From Gammaproteobacteria bacterium (GTDB lineage Bacteria > Pseudomonadota > Gammaproteobacteria > GCA-001735895): DNA of 64,000 bases. The notes under the pieces were generated by a model. That model was not told the DNA's origin, made no database searches, and saw nothing but the letters and a program-made list of their open reading frames with translations. The translations under genes and the position numbers were made by a program. The DNA is taken from positions 3,064-67,063 of the forward strand of contig JBNKPX010000003.1 of assembly GCA_050295575.1 (NCBI GenBank). The letters run 5' to 3'. Below, one piece after another: positions 56,458 to 64,000 of the stretch. Position 1 is the first letter of the stretch. Every line of letters begins with the position of its first letter.

Positions 56458-57299
56458 TACCAGCGTCTATTAATAGCATAATCACCATAGTGTTTTGCAA
56501 GTGGCATCAATAGCATGCCTGGTAAATAGTTCACCTGTATGGGGTCGCGAAAATCTTCAATACCAAGTTTCATTTGAACATGGCCTTCTTCTGGCTGAGC
56601 CAGGTAAGTGCCGAATATGCGGTCCCACCAGGGGAAGCTGAAGCCAAAATTAGAATTAGCCAAAGATGCTTTTACAGAGTGATGAACGCGGTGCATATCG
56701 GGCGTAACCACAAAAAGGCGTAAAATGCGGTCAACTTTTTCAGGTATATAAATGTTCCCGTGATTAAACATGGCGGTAGCATTTAGTAAAACTTCAAAGA
56801 TCACTACAGCAATAAGCGGTGGCCCCAGAACCATGATGGTGGCTGATTTGATCAGCATGGAGAGAATAATTTCAATGGTATGGAAGCGTGCGCCAGTTGT
56901 CACATCATAATCAAGGTCGGCATGATGTACTCGATGTAAACGCCATAGAACAGGTATGGCATGAACCATCACATGCTGCAGGTAGATAACAAAGTCCATG
57001 GCAATTACTGAAATAACAAGCGCAGACCAGAAAGACATCTGGTAGGTGTTGAGTAGCCCCCAGCCCTTCTGCTGAGCAACAAGGGCGACACCAACAGCAG
57101 CAGTAGGAAACAGAAAACGTAGGATAAAGCTGTTAAGGAAAATTAATGACAGATTGTTAACCCAACGAACACCTTTGGATACAGTGAGTTTACGGCGAGG
57201 GGCGTGTATTTCCCAAACGGCAATGATGGCAAACATACCAAAAAAGAAACTCAATCGAACAGGCATTTCATGCCCAAGTATCCAGTCGTTTATATTCAT
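56457..57299 (-). CDS. Sterol desaturase / fatty acid hydroxylase superfamily membrane protein
   Basis: Histidine boxes HVMVH, HRVHH and HRVHH are present. The ATG at 57299 is preceded by GAGGAAACAGGCT. Confidence 0.7.
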   Translation of the reverse strand: MNINDWILGHEMPVRLSFFFGMFAIIAVWEIHAPRRKLTVSKGVRWVNNLSLIFLNSFILRFLFPTAAVGVALVAQQKGWGLLNTYQMSFWSALVISVIAMDFVIYLQHVMVHAIPVLWRLHRVHHADLDYDVTTGARFHTIEIILSMLIKSATIMVLGPPLIAVVIFEVLLNATAMFNHGNIYIPEKVDRILRLFVVTPDMHRVHHSVKASLANSNFGFSFPWWDRIFGTYLAQPEEGHVQMKLGIEDFRDPIQVNYLPGMLLMPLAKHYGDYAINRRW

Positions 57300-57395
57300 A
57301 GCCTGTTTCCTCAATCCGGGGGTCTGTTATACTTATATCGGCGAGATCTTTAGTTCAATAGATCTCTTGAATTATTGAAGACCAGGATGACCTAT

Positions 57396-58058
57396 ATGTC
57401 AACAGAAAATTTCAAGCATGACCTTTTCAATCAGTTTTCACGTGTTGCCAAGGCTATGAGCAACGGCTATCGGCTGGAAATACTCGAATTTCTCGCACAG
57501 GGTGAACGCAGTGTAGATGCACTTGCAAAGGTTGCCGGCTTAACGGTGGCTAATACTTCGCAACATTTACAGCAGTTATTGCAGGCGGGTCTGGTCTCTA
57601 ATCGTAAAGAAGGGCATAAAGTTTATTACAATCTGACCGGTATGGACGTGGTGGAGCTGATGGGGTCACTCAGAAATGTAGCTGAACGGCATTTAGCCGA
57701 TGTTGGAAGGCTGGTAAACGATTATCTGACGGTCAAGGATAATCTTGAGCCAATATCTGCCATTCAGCTGCTTGAGAGAACGAAAGACGGGCTGGTTACG
57801 GTGCTGGATGTTCGGCCAAGAGAAGAATATGAAGCAGGGCATCTGCCTGGAGCTGTTAACATCCCAGCGCAAGATCTGGAACAGCAACTGAATAATCTAG
57901 TTGACCATCAGGAAGTGGTAGCCTATTGTCGAGGCCCGCATTGTGTATTGGCATTTGAAGCAGTAGAAAAATTACAGGCAAAGGGGATTTCGGCTCGTCG
58001 TCTGGACGGAGGAATGCCTGAATGGAAATTAGAGGGATATCCCGTTGAGACTTCGTGA
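57396..58058 (+). CDS. ArsR/SmtB-family transcriptional regulator fused to a rhodanese domain
   Basis: wHTH region (ILEFLAQGERSVDALAKVAGLTVANTSQHLQQL) plus a rhodanese domain with the active-site loop AYCRGPHC. The start could also be 57375 or 57387. Confidence 0.75.
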   Translation: MSTENFKHDLFNQFSRVAKAMSNGYRLEILEFLAQGERSVDALAKVAGLTVANTSQHLQQLLQAGLVSNRKEGHKVYYNLTGMDVVELMGSLRNVAERHLADVGRLVNDYLTVKDNLEPISAIQLLERTKDGLVTVLDVRPREEYEAGHLPGAVNIPAQDLEQQLNNLVDHQEVVAYCRGPHCVLAFEAVEKLQAKGISARRLDGGMPEWKLEGYPVETS

Positions 58059-58111
58059 AAATTCTGCGAGTTTTTCTAAATGTATAAACCCGAATTCTAA
58101 CCTGAGATACG

Positions 58112-58462
58112 TTGATGTCATTTGACTGTTTATTTTGCGGGTACAAAAAATTTGATGTGATTGCTGAAAACGAACTTAGCTACGCAATAAGGGATAAATA
58201 TCCTGTCACACACCTGCATACATTAATAATTAGTAAAAAACACTTCAAAACAGTATTCGATTGCCCATCAGCTGAATTACTAAGTATGTTTGAACTGGCA
58301 AAAGAATGCCGTTCTAGCATTGAAGAGATGGATGAAACGGTAAAAGGTTTTAATTTTGGCTCAAACTCAGGAGCGGTAGCCGGGCAGAAAATAAACCATG
58401 TACATTTTCATTTAATTCCTCGGCGTGTCGGTGATGTTGAACCTTTACCCGCGTATGGGTGA
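58112..58462 (+). CDS. HIT (histidine triad) family protein
   Basis: INHVHFHLIPR histidine-triad motif in a 116-aa protein. Confidence 0.8.
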   Translation: MMSFDCLFCGYKKFDVIAENELSYAIRDKYPVTHLHTLIISKKHFKTVFDCPSAELLSMFELAKECRSSIEEMDETVKGFNFGSNSGAVAGQKINHVHFHLIPRRVGDVEPLPAYG

Positions 58463-58571
58463 GGTTTTACAGAGAAGTTTAAAACAGGATCGAGAGGGAG
58501 TATATCTATCGATAATGGTGGTAATCCTTAAATATACATAGTTACACTTAGAGGAAGTAATAGTATCAGCT

Positions 58572-59573
58572 ATGCTCAAAATATTTTTTTATGCGTTTGT
58601 ACTGGCGGCACTAAGTATTGTCGCTTTGCTTGGCTATATGACCTGGATGCCAGCACCTGACTTTGAAGGTGATGAAAAAGAAATTGAATTTGAATCGAGT
58701 GGATTAGAAGAGAGGCTGCGCGGGCATGTGGTTCGCTTATCAGAATCCAGACCAGGCCGGAATATTATTGCTACGGATAACCTGACACCGGCCAGGAATT
58801 ACATCGCTAAGCAATTTTCAGATATCGGTTTTAATCCCAGATATCAAAGCTATGACATTGAAGGTGATGAGTATTCAAATATTATTGTCGATATCCCATC
58901 ACCTGTAAAAGGGGCCCCGGTTCTTATAGTTGGGGCGCATTATGATAGTGTCGAAAATTCTCCAGGAGCAAATGATAATGCTTCAGGTGTTGCTGCTCTT
59001 ATTGAGATTGGGAGATACTTTTCTATTCATCAACCACTACATAATCATTTAAGACTCATCGCTTTTGCTAATGAAGAACCACCATTTTTCCACACTGATG
59101 AGATGGGAAGTTTGGTCTATGCAAAGACACTATCGATCAGGAATGAAACCGTTTTAGGGATGATATCGCTGGAAACTATTGGTTACTATACTGATGCTAA
59201 AGGTAGTCAAAAATATCCGCGAGTCTTTGATCTGATTTATTCTGATCAGGGAAATTTCTTATCTTTTGTGGGTAATTTTCAGTCAAGAAACCTCCTTACA
59301 TCTTCAATTGCTCTATTCAGGAAGCAGAGTAAAGTGCCTTCGCAAGGTGTGGTTTCGCCAGCTTTTGTACCTGGAGTTGGGTGGTCTGATCATTGGTCAT
59401 TCTGGAAGGTGGGGCTGAATGCAATTATGGTTACCGATACGGCTCTATATAGATATCAGCATTATCATGAGTCTACCGATACGCCTGAAAAATTAAATTA
59501 CCAGTATTACGCTAAAGTTGTTTTTGGGTTGAATAAGGTAATAGAAGGATTGGTTGCTCAGGACAATGAATAG
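58572..59573 (+). CDS. M28-family zinc aminopeptidase-like protein, membrane-anchored
   Basis: N-terminal TM segment, then VGAHYDSV, PGANDNASGVAALIE and FANEEPPFF, which are M28 metal-ligand motifs. Confidence 0.75.
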   Translation: MLKIFFYAFVLAALSIVALLGYMTWMPAPDFEGDEKEIEFESSGLEERLRGHVVRLSESRPGRNIIATDNLTPARNYIAKQFSDIGFNPRYQSYDIEGDEYSNIIVDIPSPVKGAPVLIVGAHYDSVENSPGANDNASGVAALIEIGRYFSIHQPLHNHLRLIAFANEEPPFFHTDEMGSLVYAKTLSIRNETVLGMISLETIGYYTDAKGSQKYPRVFDLIYSDQGNFLSFVGNFQSRNLLTSSIALFRKQSKVPSQGVVSPAFVPGVGWSDHWSFWKVGLNAIMVTDTALYRYQHYHESTDTPEKLNYQYYAKVVFGLNKVIEGLVAQDNE

Positions 59574-59685
59574 ACTCTGTTATCAAGATTGCAAGCAGCT
59601 GTGATTGTTTATTGAGGAACAGGTACAGGTATGCCCTTTCAGATAATTTAGTGGTCATAGTTGAGCGAAGCTGAGGGAAATCATA

Positions 59686-60363
59686 GTGAAACTAATGCTG
59701 TTACCAGGCCTGGATGGCACAGGGAATTTGTTTTCTCCAATATTAAGTGAGCTACCAGCGTTTGATTATGAGGTTATATCGCTACCAGAAACTGGAGATC
59801 AAGATTACCGTTCTCTTACGGCATGGGTAAGGAAGCGACTGCCGCAACAGAATTTTATTTTGATTGCAGAGTCATTTTCAGGCCCTATAGCTGCGGCTCT
59901 GGCGGAGGATGGGATAACAAATATGAAGGGTATTATTTTCGTAGCTACCTTTCTATCTGTTCCAAATAAGCAGCTAATAAAAATGGCTAGATTTCTTCCG
60001 ATTCAGTTTCTAGCTTTATTGCCGATCGCTACATCTTTTCATAGAGCCTTATTTCTAGGCAGGGGTGCAGATAAAGAACTGATGAACGGTTTTCAATCTA
60101 CTGTCAGAGCACTACCGTCAGCGCTTATCAAGGCCAGGCTAACCTCTATACTTACGTTGCCACTCAAGCTGGAGAAATGTGATCTACCCGTGGTGTACAT
60201 TCGGGCAACAGGGGATAGATTGGTCTCAGTGACAAAAGCTGATGAATTTTCACGGTATTTTAACAATGTAACCTTCAGGCTGGTTGACGGACCTCATTTT
60301 ATACTGCAGGCAAAACCAGTAGAGTGTGCGGCTATTATTTCTGAGCTTGCCAATAAGTTATAA
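59686..60363 (+). CDS. Alpha/beta-hydrolase fold protein
   Basis: GTG start preceded by GAGGGA. N-terminus LLPGLDGTG and nucleophile elbow AESFSG. Confidence 0.6.
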   Translation: MKLMLLPGLDGTGNLFSPILSELPAFDYEVISLPETGDQDYRSLTAWVRKRLPQQNFILIAESFSGPIAAALAEDGITNMKGIIFVATFLSVPNKQLIKMARFLPIQFLALLPIATSFHRALFLGRGADKELMNGFQSTVRALPSALIKARLTSILTLPLKLEKCDLPVVYIRATGDRLVSVTKADEFSRYFNNVTFRLVDGPHFILQAKPVECAAIISELANKL

Positions 60364-60757
60364 ACATGAGACCAGTTATATGAAAAGGGATTTCCATCAT
60401 TGCTTCATCTGATGGGAAAAACGTTGAGTTTTCGAAAAAAACATTCCGAAAACACTCACTATGGTGCTCGTGTTTTGGTTTCAGATTTATTTTACAGCTT
60501 TTTTTTCAAAAATAATAAAGGATGTAGATGCGGTGGTATTTTCGCTATCATGATTAGCGTGTCAGAGCTTTGTTAAGGATGCATCTGATTTTTAGAAGTT
60601 ATGTTTCCAAATCGTGTGTTCTAAAATGGCTATACCGGGTTGATGAGCGTAGGTCGATAAGAGCCTTCGCCTTGTCATCCATTAACTATAGCTTTCAAGA
60701 TACTTACGCCGCAGGGCATAATCCTGCAGAATCACTTAAGACAAATTGGAGTATATA

Positions 60758-61030
60758 GTGGAGAAAGAAGTTGAGATGAGTTCCACTGGTGAACTTAGTT
60801 TTAAAATTCCTCAGCAGGTATGGGCCGGTAACGATGCGATACAAAGCAGTTATTTTGCAGGTCAGGAAATGTTTATAAAAAGGTCAGATGATCACCCTGA
60901 TAAGTATGAACTGCATTACCAGGGGTTGAAGGTATCCGGATTTGAAGATATTGAGGATGCAAAGTTCAATGCACCAGAGTTCGCGCGTTCTGTATTCCAA
61001 ATACTAAGCGAATTTATCAAAGACAGCTGA
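60758..61030 (+). CDS. Hypothetical small protein
   Basis: ORF with a GTG start 6 nt after GGAG; the ORF track starts at the TTG at 60746. No recognisable motif. Confidence 0.3.
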   Translation: MEKEVEMSSTGELSFKIPQQVWAGNDAIQSSYFAGQEMFIKRSDDHPDKYELHYQGLKVSGFEDIEDAKFNAPEFARSVFQILSEFIKDS

Positions 61031-61214
61031 ACATCAGTAATTTGACGTTATTTATATCTATCGGGATGTTTGTAGGGTACCCCTCAGGTCCTCAGGCATC
61101 CTTTACCTCAAGAAGAGGCAATAATAGCAGCGGTGATGCTCATTCAGCAGTACACTCAACTTGAACGTGAATTTCTGTATGCTGCTTCTGATCTGGGTTT
61201 TCTACATATCCTGA

Positions 61215-62702
61215 TTAAAATCCGATCTTCCCCATGTTATCCACACTGCTTACCGCCAGCTGCCATTGTTTTAGTAATTTAACTCGTGACTCTGGCTCCA
61301 TTTCTGGTTTGAAAGTGCTAGATTTTAGCCACAGTCGCTCAATGGTTTCTATAGAGTCAAACAGGCCTGCCTGTAGCCCAGCCAGATAGGCTGCACCCAA
61401 TGCTGTGGTTTCAGTAATCACCGGGATTTCAATATCTATATCCAGGATATCCGCCAGCATCTGGCACATCCACTGGTTGGCTACCATACCACCATCGACC
61501 CTGAGGGTGTTGATGGCATATCTGGTATCTTTACTCATAGCCTGAATAAGGTCGTAGGTTTGGTAGGCGATAGATTCTAATGCGGCTCGGGAAAAATGTT
61601 CCGGTCCGGTATCGCGCGTGAGTCCAAATATGGCTCCTCTGGCGTTGGGATTCCAGTAGGGTGCGCCCAGTCCGACAAAGGCCGGGACTAGATAAACACC
61701 GTCGTTACTGGCAAGTTGTTTTGCATGGACTTCGGTCTGGCTGCTGTCCTGTATGATCTTCATGCGATCACGCAGCCACTGTACAGCGGCACCCGCGATG
61801 AAGATAGATCCTTCCAGTGCATAGGTGGTTTCGCCATTTAGGCGATAAGCGACAGTACCCAATAATCCGCTGCTAGAAGTGACTGCTGCACTGCCGGTAT
61901 TGATTAATGCAAATCCGCCTGTACCGTAGGTGCTTTTGATACTGCCAGGTTGAAAACAGCTTTGCCCTATGGCCGCTGCCTGTTGATCACCGGCAACGCC
62001 ACCAATGGGGATTTCGTGACCTATTGCCTGCTTGCTACTCACTCCGAAGTCAGCAGCTGAATCGCGTACTTCGGGTAGCATGCTTGCAGGGACATTAAAT
62101 ATTTCGAGTAATTCTTCATCCCATTGCTGTGTATGGATATTGAATAACAGGGTGCGAGAGGCATTGGTGGCATCAGTGGCATGAACCTTACCATCGGTCA
62201 GTCGCCAGATTAGAAAACAATCTATGGTGCCAAAAGCCAGTTTGCCCTGATTGGCGAGTTCTCTGGCTCCTTCTACATGATCCAGTATCCAGGCGACTTT
62301 TGTGGCTGAAAAATAGGGGTCAATGACAAGGCCGGTTTTGTCTCGAATAGACTCTTCCAGTCCGCGTTGTTTTAGTTCGGCGCATAGATCAGCGGTTCTG
62401 GTATCTTGCCAGACAATAGCCTTGTATAGAGCTGTACCGCTTTCTCTATCCCAGACGACTACGGTTTCGCGTTGATTGGTAATGCCGATAACACTGACCT
62501 TATCAACTTCAGACAATACTTTTTTACAGACATCATGAGTGCTCGACCAGATTTCTTCAGGGTCATGTTCTACCCATCCCGAATGTGGGAAGAATTGCTC
62601 AAATTCTTGGTGGGCACTGGTAATGGCGAGACCTTTGCTATCAAATATTATCGCGCGTGAACTGGTAGTGCCCTGGTCGATGCTAAGGATGAATTCGCTC
62701 AT
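61215..62702 (-). CDS. glpK: Glycerol kinase
   Basis: [31 protein letters not shown] and [12 protein letters not shown] are canonical GlpK motifs. The RBS GGAGGA precedes the ATG. Confidence 0.95.
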   Translation of the reverse strand: MSEFILSIDQGTTSSRAIIFDSKGLAITSAHQEFEQFFPHSGWVEHDPEEIWSSTHDVCKKVLSEVDKVSVIGITNQRETVVVWDRESGTALYKAIVWQDTRTADLCAELKQRGLEESIRDKTGLVIDPYFSATKVAWILDHVEGARELANQGKLAFGTIDCFLIWRLTDGKVHATDATNASRTLLFNIHTQQWDEELLEIFNVPASMLPEVRDSAADFGVSSKQAIGHEIPIGGVAGDQQAAAIGQSCFQPGSIKSTYGTGGFALINTGSAAVTSSSGLLGTVAYRLNGETTYALEGSIFIAGAAVQWLRDRMKIIQDSSQTEVHAKQLASNDGVYLVPAFVGLGAPYWNPNARGAIFGLTRDTGPEHFSRAALESIAYQTYDLIQAMSKDTRYAINTLRVDGGMVANQWMCQMLADILDIDIEIPVITETTALGAAYLAGLQAGLFDSIETIERLWLKSSTFKPEMEPESRVKLLKQWQLAVSSVDNMGKIGF

Positions 62703-62752
62703 GTTTTTCCTCCGTTATATCCGGATTTGGGTTGTTCTTATAATATAATTAA

Positions 62753-62786
62753 GCTCTGAATAATTCATCCATGAATTATTCAGAGC
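62753..62786. repeat. Palindromic element GCTCTGAATAATTCAT-CC-ATGAATTATTCAGAGC (16-bp arms), copy 2
   Basis: Read directly from the sequence. It lies 51 nt upstream of the glpK start and is the same family as 50988-51021. Confidence 0.8.
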
Positions 62787-62838
62787 ACGAAAAACGAAAG
62801 TGTGATTTTCATTTTTCTCACAAAATCCCTGTGCCGCA

Positions 62839-62865
62839 GGAACCCCTGAATTAATCAGAGGCTCC
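62839..62865. repeat. REP-like interspersed repeat, copy 3 (inverted orientation)
   Basis: GGAACCCCTGAATTAATCAGAGGCTCC. Its reverse complement GGAGCCTCTGATTAATTCAGGGGTTCC matches the cores at 3503-3530 and 17096-17123. Confidence 0.65.
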
Positions 62866-63036
62866 ATAACCTGAATCAGTAGTTTCATGTCAGTCCCTGA
62901 CGCAAGTTATTGACCGCCATAGCGGTTTAAAATGCACGCTTAGCTTAAGATAAGTACATAGAAACGAGCACTTAACCTATGGGTGAAGCTAAGATTTTTT
63001 AATTCCACTGTGAAGTCAAGCTTTTGCGCTATGAAC

Positions 63037-64000
63037 TCATCCTGAAACCACGGATTCAGGTTTAAATTCAGACATCCATTGCTGCAAGTGCTCAACCTCC
63101 TTCTGGTTGAGTCGTAATCCCTTTTTGCTACGCCGCCATAAAATATCGTCGCTATGATAAGCCCATTCATGATTTATTAAAAAAGCTACTTCGCATGCAT
63201 ATAACCCGCCACCGAAATATTCACCCATATCCTGCGGTTTTTTGCAGGATTGAAGAATGGTTTCAATGTCAGTGCCATAGTTGCGGCAGTAGTCGGTCAC
63301 AATAGCCTGATCCAGCCAGCTGTATTTCATCTTACACTGAGCCAGGAAATTATCGAAATCAGCCTCAGCTATATTACCTCCAGGCAGAATTGCAGATTCT
63401 GTCCAGGCAGGCTGCGCAATATCCAGTGGTTGCTCTAGTAAATCTAGCACCTGTTCTGAAAGTTTGCGGTAGGTCGTCACCTTGCCGCCATAAACGGAGA
63501 CCACAGGAGCGCCATTTATGTCCAGGTCGAGTTCGTAGTCTCGAGTGACCTTGCTCGCATTATCACTAGCATCATCAAATAGCGGTCGTACCCCGGAATA
63601 GCTCCAGACTACCTGATCAGTTGTAACAGCTGTTTTGCTGTATTGACTGATGGCCTGGCAAATATATTCAATCTCATGTGTATCAATTTTAACGTTATTC
63701 AGGTCGCCCTGAAAGTCTTCATCGGTAGTGCCTAACAGAGTAAATTCGTTTTCAAAGGGTATGGCAAAAAGAATACGCCCATCCTGATTTTGAAAAATAT
63801 AGGGATATTTATGATCAAATATTTTTTTTACAATGATGTGACTGCCTTTAACCAGTCTTACCGAGCGCGATCTGATCGACTTGTTGTAAAGGCCAAGAGT
63901 GTTATCTACCCAGGGTCCAGCGGCATTCACTATTGCACGACAGTTTATGGTTTGCTGTGTATCGTTGTGTTTATCGATAAGCGTCGCAGTCCAGTGATCA
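63037..64000 (-). CDS. glpD: Aerobic glycerol-3-phosphate dehydrogenase, 5' end beyond the window
   Basis: RLVKGSHIIVKKIF...YIFQNQDGRILFAIPFENEFTLLGTTDEDFQGD parallels E. coli GlpD. The frame stays open upstream of the ORF-track GTG (63930) to the window edge (...CRAIVNAAGPWVD). Confidence 0.9.
   Translation of the reverse strand, partial: DHWTATLIDKHNDTQQTINCRAIVNAAGPWVDNTLGLYNKSIRSRSVRLVKGSHIIVKKIFDHKYPYIFQNQDGRILFAIPFENEFTLLGTTDEDFQGDLNNVKIDTHEIEYICQAISQYSKTAVTTDQVVWSYSGVRPLFDDASDNASKVTRDYELDLDINGAPVVSVYGGKVTTYRKLSEQVLDLLEQPLDIAQPAWTESAILPGGNIAEADFDNFLAQCKMKYSWLDQAIVTDYCRNYGTDIETILQSCKKPQDMGEYFGGGLYACEVAFLINHEWAYHSDDILWRRSKKGLRLNQKEVEHLQQWMSEFKPESVVSG

Noticed and set aside
62801-62822. 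CRP-like half-sites TGTGA ... TCACA upstream of glpK
   Set aside because: The half-sites are separated by 12 nt rather than the 6 nt of the CRP consensus, so this is not a convincing CRP site. The nearby TTTCGT-type repeats were also too weak to call as GlpR boxes.
62940-63170. 76-aa minus-strand ORF overlapping the 3' end of glpD
   Set aside because: It overlaps glpD in another frame and extends into repeat-containing intergenic DNA. No support.
1-64000. Search by eye for CRISPR arrays, rRNA and tRNA genes and known riboswitch cores (TPP, cobalamin B12 box, c-di-GMP)
   Set aside because: I noticed no regularly spaced direct repeats, no rRNA-like stretches, no foldable cloverleaf and no riboswitch core motifs. 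This is a manual scan, so small RNAs could have been missed.

Overview
Gene-dense chromosomal segment that looks like a marine-type gammaproteobacterium. This is judged from gene content and E. coli-like synteny such as rnfABCDGE..nth, glcDEF, xylAB and glpKD; no taxon could be computed. I support about 60 protein-coding genes and found no rRNA, tRNA or CRISPR array by eye. Main blocks in order: (1) a truncated MoaD/ThiS-like Gly-Gly protein, an HExxH protein, a macro-domain deacetylase and uppP. (2) glycolate oxidase glcDEF divergent from a class-V glyoxylate aminotransferase. (3) an ECF sigma / anti-sigma operon whose anti-sigma carries a periplasmic DsrE(COG1416)-like domain, followed by a secreted paralog. 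(4) nadC, a LolA-like protein and nth. (5) a PhnD-like binding protein plus a HAMP-PAS-GGDEF-EAL-CZB sensor, inserted between nth and rnfABCDGE. (6) an orphan trpB. (7) a long xylose operon (xylB-xylA-[DUF1111 di-haem protein]-[CRTAC1/ASPIC-UnbV protein]-xylF-xylH-ATPase-galM) with a divergent LacI-type regulator and a Bax-like glucosaminidase. (8) an envelope polysaccharide-remodelling-like cluster: CE4 deacetylase, beta-propeller lipoprotein, GH114 lipoprotein and an outer-membrane barrel. (9) phnN and a basic amino acid ABC transporter. (10) a short AT-rich islet with a decayed Y1 (IS200/RAYT-like) transposase remnant and small orphan genes. (11) yadGH-like ABC-2 exporter, a desaturase, an ArsR-rhodanese regulator, HIT, an M28 peptidase, glpK and a partial glpD. 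Several short interspersed palindromic (REP-like) repeat families occupy intergenic regions. The two candidates I rate highest for undescribed biology are the ECF/anti-sigma-DsrE-like triad (13.0-14.7 kb) and the di-haem DUF1111 + CRTAC1 pair embedded in the xylose operon (33.0-36.0 kb). All family assignments come from motif recognition by eye and memory, not from database searches.
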